64,000 nucleotides of DNA from Camelus ferus. Lineage: Eukaryota. The DNA lies in contig NC_045697.1 of the NCBI RefSeq assembly GCF_009834535.1, forward strand, positions 25,112,001 to 25,176,000. The letters run 5' to 3'. Shown one piece after another: positions 24,819-37,949 of the stretch. The notes beneath the pieces were generated by a model. The model was not told where the DNA came from. It saw only the letters and a program-made list of their open reading frames with translations, and did no database searches. A program made the translations under genes and the position numbers. Every line of letters starts with the position of its first letter. Position 1 is the stretch's first letter.

Positions 24819-24929
24819 GATAGAGAGTGAAATATTATTGAAACTGATAATTCAACATGAATTTAAAGTAAAAATGGAAAAACAAACAGCTCTTCTCTGT
24901 TTCTTAAGTGTGAAGTACATGTTTGAGGA

Positions 24930-25380
24930 AAACTAGAAGTTTATTTACAGATTCATAAAAGAAAAAAAAACTTGAATAAATAAAGGGATCTGCAATGCTT
25001 CTGAATCAGAAAAGACTCAGTATTTTAATATGTCAGCATTTACTGTAGGGATCAAAATCCCAAATACATTTTTTCTCTAACTTGATCAAGTGACTCAAAA
25101 AAGATTTATCTGAATAAACAGGTGAGTCAAGACTTGATATATGGGGAGATTAATGAGTGAAACTTGGAATACTAATTGTTAAGACATTTAATAAAACTAC
25201 AGAAGACACAGCTTAAAACCAGAGCCTCATACATATAAAACTTAGAAGTAATAAAATAAACATTACAAATAAGAAGGTTAAGGAAAAATTACTCAATACA
25301 TGTCTCTGAGACAATTACATAACTGTTTAGGAAAAACTGGAAGCAGATAGAAGTCTCACCTCCTACCATATATTTAATGT
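24930..25380 (+). mobile_element. Old L1 ORF2 fragment
   Basis: 'aagactcagtattttaatatgtcag…aacttgatcaagtgactc…ctcacctcctaccata'. Confidence 0.55.
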
Positions 25381-25454
25381 AGCAATTAAAATAAGGGAAC
25401 TGGATTTGGCTCTCAGTCCCATGACTTACTAACTGCGCACCTTAATGACAAATT

Positions 25455-26680
25455 GAAATTATAATGGAGTGATCATAGTTTAGGCAGCCAAAAATAGAAT
25501 CAGGCTGACATTGTGGATCTGGTCTCAGACACGTCCCTGCACCACTGAGAACTTGGATTTTCTGTAAAATGTACCAAACCCAAATACACCACCAGCTGTA
25601 TTCAGGACAATATCTGCAAGCTGCAACCTGGTGGTCTCAAGCTTCCCCCTTGTAACTATGCAACCATTTCAGACTCCAACCAATCCTTGCTTGACAAGAA
25701 CTCTTACTTCTTGCCAGCTCCAATTATAATTCTTGACAAATAAGTTATGTAACAAACTGTGGCCTTGCAATTTTTGCCTTTATAAGCTTTTTTTCTCCTA
25801 TTTTATTGTCTGATGGAGCACAGTTTAAGTACTTCTTGAATCTGTGTTTTGGGGCTGCAGCCCTAACCAATCCCCAGTAAACACCTCTTTATTTCAGTCA
25901 GGTCTCCTTTCTGAAATTGTGGTGAAAGTAGCTGGCGCAGTTGGCAGGACCTGGGTGACTCCCCGCAGCAGTCCAGCACCTATTCAGACTCTGCATATGG
26001 TACCTACACCAACCCATTGTGTCCCGCCTTCTCTCCAGTTGCATCAGACCTGCAGGGTGAGTGCTCCTGGATCCGAACCTCCCATTTGGTTGAGGTTCAA
26101 GTCTTTAGTTGAGAATTTCTTTTAGATTTTTCTGTCTCAAGATTTGGGTTCAAGGCTTTTCTGTCTTGTGATTCAGATTTCAGATTTTCTGTCTTTGCTA
26201 CTTGGTGAGAGATTTGGGTTTCAGATATTTTTTCTGCTTTTGGTGAGTTCTCAGAATAATGGAAAGTTCTTATAGCAAAATTTCAATGAAATTGTAACCC
26301 TCCTCAGGAACCTTTGCCAGCTTTATATTTAATACCTATGAACCCCCATACTGTAACTACTTATCTAAATGGGTCCGTTTAACCTGGAATGATTTAAATT
26401 TGTATTGGCCAAAGTGAGGAGCTTTCAAAATTCCCAAATTAGTCTGTCTTCATACACAACTAGAAAAAATATCAGAACCAGACAAAATCAGTGGAAAACA
26501 TGTTTTACTTGGTATCTAGAGGACTCTAGACTTAACACTGAGAAAATTACATCCCTCCCAGATGTAAATGGAAAGTTGACTCAGACTGTTTCTAAACTTA
26601 AGAAATCAAATGAACTTCCTCGCTCTCTCCTTCCCCTGCCCCCAAACTCTTCACCTTCTCCATACCTTTAGCCACCTCTT
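25455..26680 (+). mobile_element. ERV1 (gamma-like) 5' remnant: LTR, tRNA-Ser-like PBS, leader, gag matrix
   Basis: PBS tggcgcagttggcaggac at 25933-25950; donor ggtgagt ~26056; decayed gag from ~26259 (…YLSKWVRLTWNDLNLYWPK*GAF…). Confidence 0.8.
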
Positions 26681-27039
26681 TCTGATGAAGGTTGCCTCGA
26701 CTGTGAGCAAGCAGTGTATGGAATTTTGAAGACAGGAGACCATATGATTAGATACAGTTTAGTGCCAGTGAAGTCTTGTTTTGGGAGGTAGATTAGCAGG
26801 TACTTATTGTATTATTAAAATGCATATATATACACATGAAATATATATGCTATACATGGGTCAGTGATGAGCTTGTGAGATTGTATCGTGAACTGAGGAG
26901 TATATTTATCCAATTCTGAGCAATTGAGCTAGGGTACTCTAAACTGTATATGTCTATGTATCTGTATATGTATATACATATACACACACACGTATGTATG
27001 TGTAAACCCACTGACACACATATATTCACTATTATGTAG

Positions 27040-27720
27040 CATTTGAATATAAAAATTTAAAAACACTCTTTGTAATAGTATCCCCAAACATGAAACACTA
27101 AAGGATGAATTTAACAAAACATAACTTCCATAGTGAAATCAATGAAATATTTCTGAGAGAAATAAAAGAAAAACATAAGTAGATAGAAATACATACAGTA
27201 TGGATTAGAGTTCAATATTATAAAAATGTCAGTTCTCTCCAGATGTAGCCATCCATGCAATGCAACCCCAGTCAAAATCTCAGTAGGTTTCTTAAAGTGT
27301 AAATTGACAAGATGAGTTTTTAAAAAACTACAGAAATTCAAGGGATCTATAGTTAGAAGTAAAATTGATTAGTGAGTATATGGATTTTCACCTTGTTAGG
27401 TAATAAATAAAAGATAGCTCTTTTCCAAAGTTGTAGCAATTTACACATTCCCCAGTAATAAAGAGAGTCCTCATTGCTTGGAACTTTCTTGCTAATACAC
27501 AATAGTTTTCAGACTTTTACATTTTTACCAATCAAACAGATACATAATAGCATCTCTGTGTAATGTTAATTTGCATTCCTCTGCTTTTTAAAGATATCAC
27601 TCATCCTTTTTCGTTTATTGGCCAGTAGACTTTCTTTTCTGGGGTTATTTCATTTTTTTCTTTGTAATGGGTACATAAACCTCTAAAATCCTTGATTACT
27701 TAATATTTTGTCAGTTACGT
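27040..27720. mobile_element. Two old L1 ORF2 fragments (plus strand ~27040-27350; minus strand ~27360-27720)
   Basis: 'caatattataaaaatgtcagttctctccag…aaattgacaag' and 'ttccaaagttgtagcaatttacacattccc…taatttgcattcc'. Confidence 0.65.
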
Positions 27721-27829
27721 ATGTCATCAGTAATAATTGTCACAACAATGCTGCATGATAAACAAAAATCATTCATTAATGGCATACAGAATAAACATAT
27801 ATTTACCCCATCAGTTTGAGAGTTGGCTG

Positions 27830-30800
27830 AGGACATTAAAACCTTAAGTTCCAATGAGTCGTCTTTACCTATAGAATTAGACAAACCACCCCTGTCTGAG
27901 AGTATTAACCCTGCTTTACTTAAGAAAACTTTAATGGCCTCCTCTGAGATATTTGCTTCTTAAGATACTGTTTATTCTCCTCAGGACCCAACCCCATCAC
28001 TCTTCGTTTCTTTTAGGCCAGTAACTAGAAGCAGGCTCCTAAAGGTGAGATACAGTGTGACCCATGAGGATGGGCACTGCATTCCAAAATAACTACTATT
28101 TTTCTAACATCTGGATTGGAAAAATCCAATTTATACAGATAGATACCTAGGGAGTATGTATAGGAATGAATGTTACAGGGGGGTGATAATAGTGGAAGGA
28201 ACATAAAGTTATATCAGATGGAATATGAGCCCATTAAGCAGAGTTTCTGGATTTAATGTTGTAGCTTGGGTTGTTAGAAAGACCTCTAACATTTTGTTAG
28301 ACTGAATAGGTTGGTTGACTGAACCAAACACGAAAAGATGACCCACAGTAAGTAAGTTAAAACATCAGACCTCCCTTGGTAATTGTAGAGGAAGGGATTC
28401 AAAGGCTCAGCAAGATTGTCACGTTAGAATGGATTCATTATTTGTGATCCACCCTGAGAGGGTCTGGAGGACATGTCTTTTACCATGACTTTGAGAAATA
28501 AATTTGTGAAGGAATCCTTAGTGTCACAAAGCCTCAGCTCTGATTGCTCTTCTTGTACGTCACAAGTTACGTGGGGAAACTGCTGCAACTGAATTGAGAA
28601 GCATAAATGAAATGGAGTAATTGGATCCCAGGACAGCAGGAGCCAAGTGGCAGCACTCAACTGCCAAAATCAAGACAGGCATGACTGCCATAATGAACCA
28701 TGGCGTCACTGCAGCAGCCTGAATAGTCTGACTTGCAGAGTGCTGCGGTGTTGGCGAGTTGATCATAGTGTTCCCAAGAGTGAAACAGACGAGGAAGCCT
28801 ACTAAATTCTTACTTGAACTGTATGAGAAGAAGAGTTCTACATCAAAGGAACAAGATTCCAACTTGAATCATAAAAAAGAAAGTCATGATTCTTCAATAA
28901 ATTCCCAGACTTGACCAAGTTTGTAGAACTAAAATGTCTTGAATAAAATGGAAGCTAAGTGCCCTTGAAAAAGAACTCTGCTATACTGCCTTTATACCAT
29001 TAATCTTTCTCCCACCATTCCCCAAAGGGACCTATGAACTTTTATCAGGGTGACTGTGCATTGGGGAAAAGGAAATAATTAGAATTTTTAGAGATTATTA
29101 GACATTGGCTCTGACTGAGGCTAATTTCAGGAGACCCAAAGCATCACTGTGGTCCGCCATTCAGAGTAGGGCCTAAGTGCGACCAAGTAATCAGTGGAAT
29201 TTTAACTCAGGACCATCCCACAGTGGAGCTGGTAGGTTCCTGAACCTCTCCTGTGGTATCTCCCCAGTTCTGGATTGCATCTTGGAGTAGCTATAAATAG
29301 CAATGGGCACAATCCCCACATTGGTTCCCTGACCTGTGGGTTGAGAGCTGTTATGGTGGGAAAGCCCCGATGGAAATCATTAGAACTGCTTCTACTTATA
29401 AAAATAGTGAACCAAAAGCAATGCCACATTCCAGGAAGGATTTCAGAAATTAGTGTCACCATCAAGGACTCGAAGAATGCAGGAGTGGTGACCACATCCC
29501 CATTCAACTCACCTGCTTGGGCTGTGAAGAAGACAGATGGATCTTAGAGCATGGCAGTCGATTATCATAAACTTAACTGGGTGGTGATTCTAAATGCACC
29601 TGTTATAGCAGATGTGATTTAATTGCTTGAGCAGATTAACACATCCCCTGGTAGCTGGTATGTAGCTATTGTTCTAGCACATGCCTTGTTCTCCATTTCT
29701 GTCTGTAAGGCCCATCAGAAGCATTTTGTTTTCATAAGGTTAGGCTAGCAGTACCACTGTCCCACCTGAAGGGTGTATCAGTTCTCCCGCTCTCTGTCAC
29801 AATTTAGATCACACAGATCTTGACTGCCTTTCCCTTGTGCAAGATATCACACTGGTCCATTCCACTGACAACGTTTATGCTGATTGGACCTGGTGAGTGA
29901 GAAGCAGCAACTACTATAGACTTATCCTTAGAATATTTCTGTGTCAGAGGATAGGAAATAAACCTGAATAAATTCAGTGAATTTTTGTACCTCAGTAAGA
30001 TGCTGAGTAGCCCAGTGATTTGGGGCACATTGGGATACCCCTTCTAAGACGAAGCATAAGTCTGTACTACAGCCAAGAAGGAAGCATAACACCTAGTGGG
30101 CCTCTGGATTTTGGAGACTACATGTTCCTCATTTGGGTCTGTTACTCTGGTCTATTTACTGAGTGATCCAAAAATGTGCTGGGTTTGAGTGGAGCCAAGA
30201 ACAAGATAAGGCTCTATAACAGGCCTGCGCTGTCCCACAAGCTTCTCTGCCACTTTGGTTGTAGGACCCAACAGATCCAGTGGTGCCTGAAGTGTCAGTG
30301 GCAGGTAGGGAAGCTGTTCGGAGCCTTTGACAGGCCACTGTGAGGAAATAGTAGCACAGGCCCTTAAGATTTGGGAGCAAAGCTCTGTCATCCTCTACAG
30401 ATAACTATTCTTTTGAGAAACAGCTTTTCGCCTTTTACGGGACCTTAATAGAGACTGAAGGCATATCCCTGGATACCAAGTTTTCTTCCAGCCTGAGCTC
30501 CTATCAAGAACTGGGTGTTATCTGACCCACCAGGGCATAACGTTGAGCATACGCCAGCACCCCTCATCAGATGGAAGGGGTATAGATGAGATCACAGAAG
30601 TAATTTACATTAAGAAGTGGCTCGGATGCCTGTCATCCTCACTCCTGCTGCACTACCTTCCCTCTCCCAGTCTGCAGCTATGGCTTCATATGGTGTTCCC
30701 TACAACCAGTTGATGGAAAAGAATAAAAAAAAAACCTCAGGCCTGGTTTACAAATGCTTTTATGTGAAATGTGGGCACCACCTGGAAATGGACAGCTGCA

Positions 30801-31915
30801 GCTCTACAGCCACTTTATGGAACATTCCTAAAGAACAGTTGAAAGGGAAAATTCTCTCAATGTGCAGAACTCTAAGAATTACTCCTAGATGTTCATTTTG
30901 CTTGGAAGTAGAAAGCCAGGCATGCAATTATGTACTGATGTGTGGGCTATGGCCAGTTATTTGGCTAGGAAGAAATATATTTGGAAAATTAGTAACAAGG
31001 AGGTCTGCAGAAAAGGTAAATGGATGGAGCTCACTGAGTGGGCAGAGGACGTGAAATACATGTGTCCCAGGTGAATGCTCACTGAACGATGACTCCAGGA
31101 AAAATGATTTTAATAATCAAGTGGATAGGATGATCTGTCCTGTGGATAGCAGTCTCTTTCCTTAGGCACTCTTACCATTGCTGAATGAGCTAATGAACTA
31201 AGTGGTTATGCTGGAAGTGATGGGAGTTATGCCCATATTTAGCAACGTGGGACTTCACTCATCAAGGCCAACCTGACTACAGCCACTTTTGAGTACCAGT
31301 CTGCCAGCAGCAGAGATTGACACTGAGTCCCTGATATGGTACTGTTCCCAAGGTTTATCAGCCAGCTACCAGGTGGCAAGTTGATTACATTGAACTACTT
31401 CCATTATGGAAGTGACAGCACTTTGTTCTTGCTGAAATAGACACTTACTCTGGATGTGTACTTTCTTCCCCTTCCTGTAAAACTACCACCTTATCAAATG
31501 CTTTATCCACTGTCATGGTATTCTGCACAACATTGCTTCTGATCACGGAATTCAATTCACAGTGAAGAGTGTCACAGTGGGCCCAGACTCATGGAATGTG
31601 CTGGTCTTACCACGTCCCCTGCCTTTCTGAAGCAGCTGAGTCAGTATAATGGTGTAACAGCTTTTGAAGATTCAGTTACACCACCAAGTGGATAGCAGTA
31701 TCTTTCAGGGCTGGGGCAGGGTCCTCGCAGGTGCTATGTATGCTCTAAATCAGTATAGCTACAAGTCATGGGTCCAGAAACCAAGGGCTGGAATGGGAGT
31801 GGCAACATTCATGCTTAATCCTAAGGGTTCACTGGTAAAAATGTGCTTCCTGTTCCTGAATCCTGTGGTTTACTGACCTAGGGGGTCTTAGTTCCGGAGG
31901 GAAGGAGGCTTCTGC
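27830..31915 (+). mobile_element. ERV-L internal sequence (gag-pro-pol, start of dUTPase region), degenerate, no flanking LTRs seen
   Basis: Protease VTVHWGKGN…LLDIGS ~29050-29112; RT SPFNSPAWAVKKTDGS (ORF 29275-29547); decayed HYIDD ~29858; integrase 'tggcaagttgattacatt' ~31374 and 'gcttctgatcacgga' ~31535. Confidence 0.92.
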
Positions 31916-31937
31916 ACTTTAAATGCATAATTGATAC

Positions 31938-32011
31938 CCGTCTTGGGTACAATTATTTTATTGGAAAATTACATAAATATCTTTATTCTCATGGCATGTA
32001 AAAAACAGAAC
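31938..32011 (-). pseudogene. Exon relic, PH beta2-beta3-like
   Basis: ccctttatgacag|FCFLHAMRIKIFM*FSNKIIVPKT-G|gtatca; resembles the RhoGEF PH motif R..FLF.D..I..K. Confidence 0.55.
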
Positions 32012-32151
32012 CTGTCATAAAGGGTAACACTCAGTGATTATCAGTTTATGAAAATGTGTGCTTTTTATTTGCAAATATGTATTTTAATACAGAGGAGTCA
32101 AAATGATAGATTTGCTGATTTTAAATGAAATCCTTAGAATAGAATATACAC

Positions 32152-32210
32152 ATCATTTAAGATCAAGCTTTTCCAATGCAAAAAGGTTTATAGGTTGATA
32201 TAAACGTGGG
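32152..32210 (-). pseudogene. Exon relic, DH-PH linker-like
   Basis: ttctattcctag|PRLYQPINLFALE…(frameshift)LILND|gtgtat; phase 2 in, after an ~80-nt intron. Confidence 0.5.
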
Positions 32211-32292
32211 CTAGGAATAGAAGAATCTCTCCTCTTAATTGAAATGAGTGTGATTACTTCACGTATCAGAACGTGTATCAACCACAACTTAC

Positions 32293-32455
32293 TGATGCAG
32301 GAGCAAGAGTCTAATGTTTCATATTGTGGTTAAATGTTTCTAATTGGTCATTTGAGACTAACTCCATTTCTCTATGCAGTAAATGTATGTAGGATATTCA
32401 TTTCAGCTGTCATGTGGCCAAGTAATAACGCATTTTCAGCAGAATATGAGTTACT
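32293..32455 (-). pseudogene. Exon relic, DH C-terminal helices-like
   Basis: Strong sites ttttctctgatactccag| … |gtaagt; across frames reads (R)VTHILLK…WPHDS*NEYPTY…IEK/MELVSN…NIRLLLLH. Confidence 0.6.
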
Positions 32456-32504
32456 CTGGAGTATCAGAGAAAATGTGTTGTGGTTTTAAAACATGATTTT
32501 GGTG

Positions 32505-34636
32505 CTGTGGTGAATGGTATATTTAAAATTTTTATTTCTAATGTCTTTGTTGCTGGCAAATACATCACCACATACATATGTGGATACACACAGGCAACAT
32601 ATTTTGTTATATGTAGATTAATGCATACATTAAATTAAGTATGTATTTCCACATATCCAGGGATCTTACTGTTTAGAATTATTAATTCTTACAGTTTTTC
32701 TGTAGATTTTGTTGAATTTACTATGCTAACTGACGTGATTTCTTCAAATAATGATTTTTTTTATGTGCTTTTCTAGGACCTCAAATGAAATGCTGAGTGT
32801 GATAATTCTAGACTTTAGGGGGAAGCTTTAAATATTTTACTCTTTTTCCTGTAGGTTTTCTGTTAGTATTTCTATCTGATTGAGAAACCTCTGTCTTCCA
32901 AATTAAATAGAAATTCCAATCATGATGATGTTTAATTTTGTCAAATACTTAGTTTTTTCACTCTATAGACATCTTGTATAGATGAATTATAGATTGCCAC
33001 GTTAGCACTTACAGTTCTGGGATAAACACTGTTTTCTATTGATGAGTTTTATTTGCTAATATTTTATTCTATTTCATGACAGTGTTGTGTCTGTAGTTTT
33101 CTTTACTGTAATGTTCTTATCATTTTTAGGTTGCAGGATTTTAATCCTTTATTACATGTGTTTTGAAGCATTCACTTTTTTGATTTTTTTTTGTTTGTTT
33201 TTGACAGAGTATGTGGTATTTTTGTATTACTATTTCCATATATTTCTGGGGATAATTAACCAGTCCATAGAGGCCTAGGATTTTATTTTTAAAATGAGTT
33301 ATAATAACATTAAATTATTTAAATAGATATTATATATTTCAGATTATCTATTACTCTCATTTTAAAGTTGCATTTTTTAATAAAAAACACTCATTTAATC
33401 AAAATTGTCAAGTTTATGGCTATAAAATTATTTCTTTTATTGTCAATAATATGTAATATCTTCTTGATCTATAGTAATTCCCCTGACTTAGTCATCAATT
33501 TTAGAAGTTTATTCTCTCTCTCTCTTTCATCAGTGTAGTAGCTAGGACTTAAAAAATTGTCTTCATAGTTTCAAAAAATCAATTTTTTGTCTTTGTTGAT
33601 TTTCTCAGTTCTGTATTTTCTATTTTATATATGTTTGTTTTTATCTTCGTTAGTTTCTTCTATTTGTTTTTTTTACTTTGCTTTACATTTTCTTGCTTTT
33701 TAAGATAGTAACTTATATAACTTATTTTCAACCTTCATTCTCTTCTAATACATGCATTTAAGACTATCACATTTCTTCTAAGCAGTATTTCAAATGCAAT
33801 ACATATATGGGTCACATCATCATAATTATTAAGTTCAAAATTTTTTCTTATTTGAGTTTCCTTAAGTTTTAGCCATTCTTGGATTTTCTCATTATGGTTT
33901 AGTTGTTGTTTTACAGTTTAATTCTACTGACCAGAAAATATACTTTGAAAGGTTTTAATCCTTTGAAATTTATTGAATCTTTTTCATGGCTCAGAATAAG
34001 GTCAATTTTCAATATTACCTTAACATTTTTTAAATTTTGTTATTGTTAGGTGCCATGTTCTGTATATGTCAAATAAGTCGTTTGTCACTTTTTATTTCCA
34101 GCTCTTCTGTATCAAATTGAGTTTTTTCTTCTTCTTTTCTAAATCATCTATTAAGACATTTGTTTTTAAACCCCCTACTGTCTTCCTTTAATGCTGTTAA
34201 TTTCATTAATACATTTTGGAGTAATATTATTGGTTACATTTAAATATATGTGAGATGATATCTTCCTAAGAGATTGATTCCATTGTCATTATGAGACATT
34301 CCTTTATTCTTAGTAGTGTTTCTTTAAACTTACTCTCACCAATATTATAATAATTCTTCTAGATTTATATTGGTTGTTGATTGCATGGTGAAATCTTTTG
34401 ATTTCAAAATTTTCTGTCTTGTATTTTGATTATATTTCCTGTGAACTTCTATATAGATAGCTTTAACTTTTAAATTCCATCTTATATTTGGATTTTCATT
34501 AGAGTAGATATTCTTGTTCATATTTATTGTAATTTTCTCGTATATTTGTATTTAAATCTACTGTCTTACCCTTTGTTTTCTATTTGGCTCGCTTGTTGAA
34601 ATTTTATGTTTTATTCTATCTACTTGACTTATTTTG

Positions 34637-34640
<4 letters not shown>
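32505..34640 (-). mobile_element. Old degenerate LINE-1 (L1ME/L1M5-like) ORF2
   Basis: T-rich strand with L1 ORF2 antisense hallmarks ('gactttagggggaagctttaaatattttac', 'ttgaaatttattgaatctttttcatggctcagaata'). Confidence 0.75.

Positions 34641-34641
<1 letters not shown>

Positions 34642-34684
<43 letters not shown>
34642..34684. repeat. (TA)n microsatellite
   Basis: About 21 TA units. Confidence 0.95.
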
Positions 34685-34687
<3 letters not shown>

Positions 34688-35239
34688 TTTATATTTCATC
34701 AAAGTTAAACTTAAAGTATACCAGTGTTTTATTTCTTTTTACAATTACATTTTCAAGCCCCTCTTCCAATTTGTCTCTACTTCTGAAAGAAGTAACATAT
34801 TCGGTCTTAACTGAATTCTCTCTTAACTCTTTTCTTTCATTGATGTCTCTGTGTTTCTGTTTTTTGTTTTTTTTTTAATGAAGTGAAATATTGTAAATTT
34901 TTATTAATGGCCTTTAAAATGTATTTTTCAGAAATAATCTCTGGGAAAAAATATTAGAATTTGTACAAAATGTGGTTTAGGCTTCAGGTATTCATTTCTT
35001 TTGTCTTCATGCACATTTTAAATTGCTTTAGAGAAGGAATTTTAAAAATGTGTACAAAGTGCATTTAACAAAATATTGGATTAGATGATTTCTTGATTTG
35101 ACGATACTATAAATTCCACAGAGGAACAACAGAGTACAGAGGAGATCATATTTTGGAATAAGATTGATGATTTGTATAGATTCTCTTAAACTGCACTTAA
35201 CATGCACCAGCACCCCCCTCCCTTACCTCAGCAAAAATA

Positions 35240-35580
35240 ATTCTTTTCACCATGCTCTGAGCTGCTCCCACCAACTGATTTGAAGGCTTACTGAATGTTG
35301 TTTGTACTTGTTCCTAAATATGGTTACACACCTTCAACTTTAAATTTTAATTACATATTTTAATAAAATATTTGATGGACAGTTGGAATGAAAGTTTGAA
35401 AGGAAATATACTTGTTTCAATTCAAACTAAACTAAATGTTAGGGGAAATTTCAAGACAGCTAAGTTGCTAATAACCATGGTATCAAGTTAAAAGTGGGCC
35501 AACACCTATGAAATAAAATCCAGAAATAAAGTAATACAATTTAGATAAATTATTCTGTCTATTATTTTTCATGACTCCTT
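35240..35580 (+). mobile_element. Tigger13-like DNA transposon fragment
   Basis: 'cccaccaactgatttgaaggc…cttgtttcaattcaaactaaactaaatg…aaagtgggccaacac' resembles the Tigger HTH start VSMKTKLNA…GVG..T. Confidence 0.5.
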
Positions 35581-36212
35581 GCTCTATATTGACTTTTTTG
35601 GAGATAAATCTACTACCTGCAATTTTGTTTGATAAAAATTCAATCTAATGAAAAGCAATAATAATTCCTTGGAATAGTAGCTTATGAGTTCTGAAGTAGC
35701 TAGATGTAGAAAATTTCAATTATTTGACGAAGAAAGAGAGGCTATTTAAAAGATTTCCCAGTCATTTGCATGGCCTTCAGGTAGAAACTTTCAAATCTTT
35801 GATCAGCTAATGCAGGGCCAATGAGAACTATTATTCTAAAGTTTATCCCACAATCGTGTGTTCACTATTCTTTTGCTTATTGGATTTTGTGAAATATGTG
35901 AACATAAGTCTAAGAAACACTTCCAAATACCTGGTTAAATGTTCAGAGAATGCTGTTCCCAATGGGGTGAAGGTATAGGAAAGGCAAGGTGACAAAACAC
36001 TTTTTAAAGTCTCACTTAAGACTCAGTCTCTTTCCTCCATTAAAAAAAAAAATCTCCTAGTTGCAAATATTCATTCAGTTATGCCTTTTCTTCTGTGTGA
36101 TATGGCTTGTATATTCTAGCACAAGAATTTCACTCAAAACAGTTTCTAAAGTCACTTCTATCCGAATTTTCAGATTGAGGAATGAAGAAGCAGATCTGTA
36201 ATTACATTCCTC

Positions 36213-36298
36213 CTATTGCATAAGAGCAAATGGTTATAAAAAAGATATTTCCACTAATAATGCAACAGGGAGATTTGAGTCATTTTGTTATAAATTTA
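36213..36298 (-). pseudogene. Exon relic, DH CR3-like
   Basis: ccag|KFITK*LKSPCCI…(frameshift)VEISFL*PFALMQ; resembles F..F….P.C..L.I.S.L..P(V/M)QR. The next exon supplies the following R-VT. Confidence 0.5.
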
Positions 36299-37949
36299 CT
36301 GGAATTTTGGAGCAGCCCAAACATACACAATCTTTACCCTCTGTGCTGATGCATCAGTTTGTAGATAAATTTTCACAGAAGCAAATACAGCTGAAACAGA
36401 GTAACTAAACCACCACCAGTCATTCCAGAATTTAGTTTCTAAAATAAATAGTATCTGGCTCCCTGGAAGTAAGAAGATACATTTGTACAGGGTCTACATA
36501 GCTTTTCAGTGACAACTAACAACTCAAAAGGAAAGCTAAGAATAGTAGCCCCAAAGTGTTCATCTAATGCCATCACTAACCTGCATTTGCCAGTGTTTGA
36601 TGTTAATATACTTTAAATTAATTTGAAACTAGTGAAGTTTCTAGTGTCCTTAGGGTCCTGATACCTTCAATATCTCTCTTGAACCTGGCAGCTTCAATTC
36701 AATTGACCTTACTTGACATCACTTATGAAAAGCCTTTGAAGTGCTGCTGCCTTGATTCAGAATGAATCTACACTGAAGAAAAAAAAAAGAAAAGAAAAAC
36801 ACATCATTTTTAAAACTTCTTTTTCACTCTGACTTTGTCATTTTCCTTTTTGCTTAAGTCTTCTGAACCATAATTTCTTTTGAGAGGTAAAATACTGTGT
36901 GTCCTATTTTTTATAGTACAGTGCATTCACTTTCTGGAAACTGATGCATTGTAGGGATTATAGACAGTATAATTTTTGTCTACTTCTAATATAGGTATAC
37001 ATATTTAAGCAATGTATACTTGGTCAGGATCAAGTTTTAAAAATATGTTAATGCACAGAGCCTGTTGCCTGGGCTATAGTACAGACTAAACATTGAATAA
37101 ATAGAATGCAGTTGTCTCTTTGCCAACTGTAAATTCCTCTAATTTGGGGGTCATTATAACATTTTTTTTCTTTCTAGAAAAATATATTTCAGTGAAGTTA
37201 GAATGAGCTATATCACCTCATAATATATTGCTCATTCAAAAATTACTAAAATAAAAATGAGTAAAACCTCCCACCATCCAAAAATTATGCAGTATAGGGA
37301 AGTCCTTTCTCTCTAGACATGTGCTAGTATTTTTCAATACAGCAGGTTTAGATCCTCAATAACTTACTTACTTATATTAATTCCATAGGCATAGCCCCAC
37401 TCCAATGGACAAAGAGTTTATTTTGCTCATCTTCAAATGAATCAGAGCTGTAAGTGCCTCAAAATAGAAGCTTAGTAATTTATGAGACATTCCATTTAAA
37501 TTTAATTTTGGTTGTTTACTTTATAAAATACAAGACAAGGTTGCTTAAGCATGGCTTTCCATTATGATTATACTATATAACATTGAAAGTCTACTAAAGA
37601 TAATACTAGCATATTTGTGGCTTTAATCAACATGCCGTGGGCTGTTGACTCTATGAACAGGAACAAGTGTATCTGTTTTGGAGTAGGTTACTTTCCCAGT
37701 CACAGATATTTATATGAAAAGTATGTAAATAGGACTTCCAGTATCAGACCAATGGGAGTGGTAACATATTTTAGTGATTACGTATCACCAGTGTTGAAAA
37801 GCAAAATGTGTGTGTCTTGCTGTTGTAAAACTTCTCTTTAAAATTTTCTTAATCATTTTAACATATAAGTAGGATGTCATGAGCACATAATATACCCTGT
37901 TAGCTAGTATTTGTTATGTTATAATCTTGGTAGAAGACCTACCAATTGT

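Noticed and set aside
34760..34855. Minus-strand peptide DINERKELREN resembling a DH end
   Set aside because: Adjoins old L1 sequence, lacks splice sites, and a better-bounded DH-end exon exists at 32293-32455.
37617..37841. Plus-strand ORF with YLYEKYVN resembling DH
   Set aside because: Wrong strand relative to all other relics; probably coincidence.
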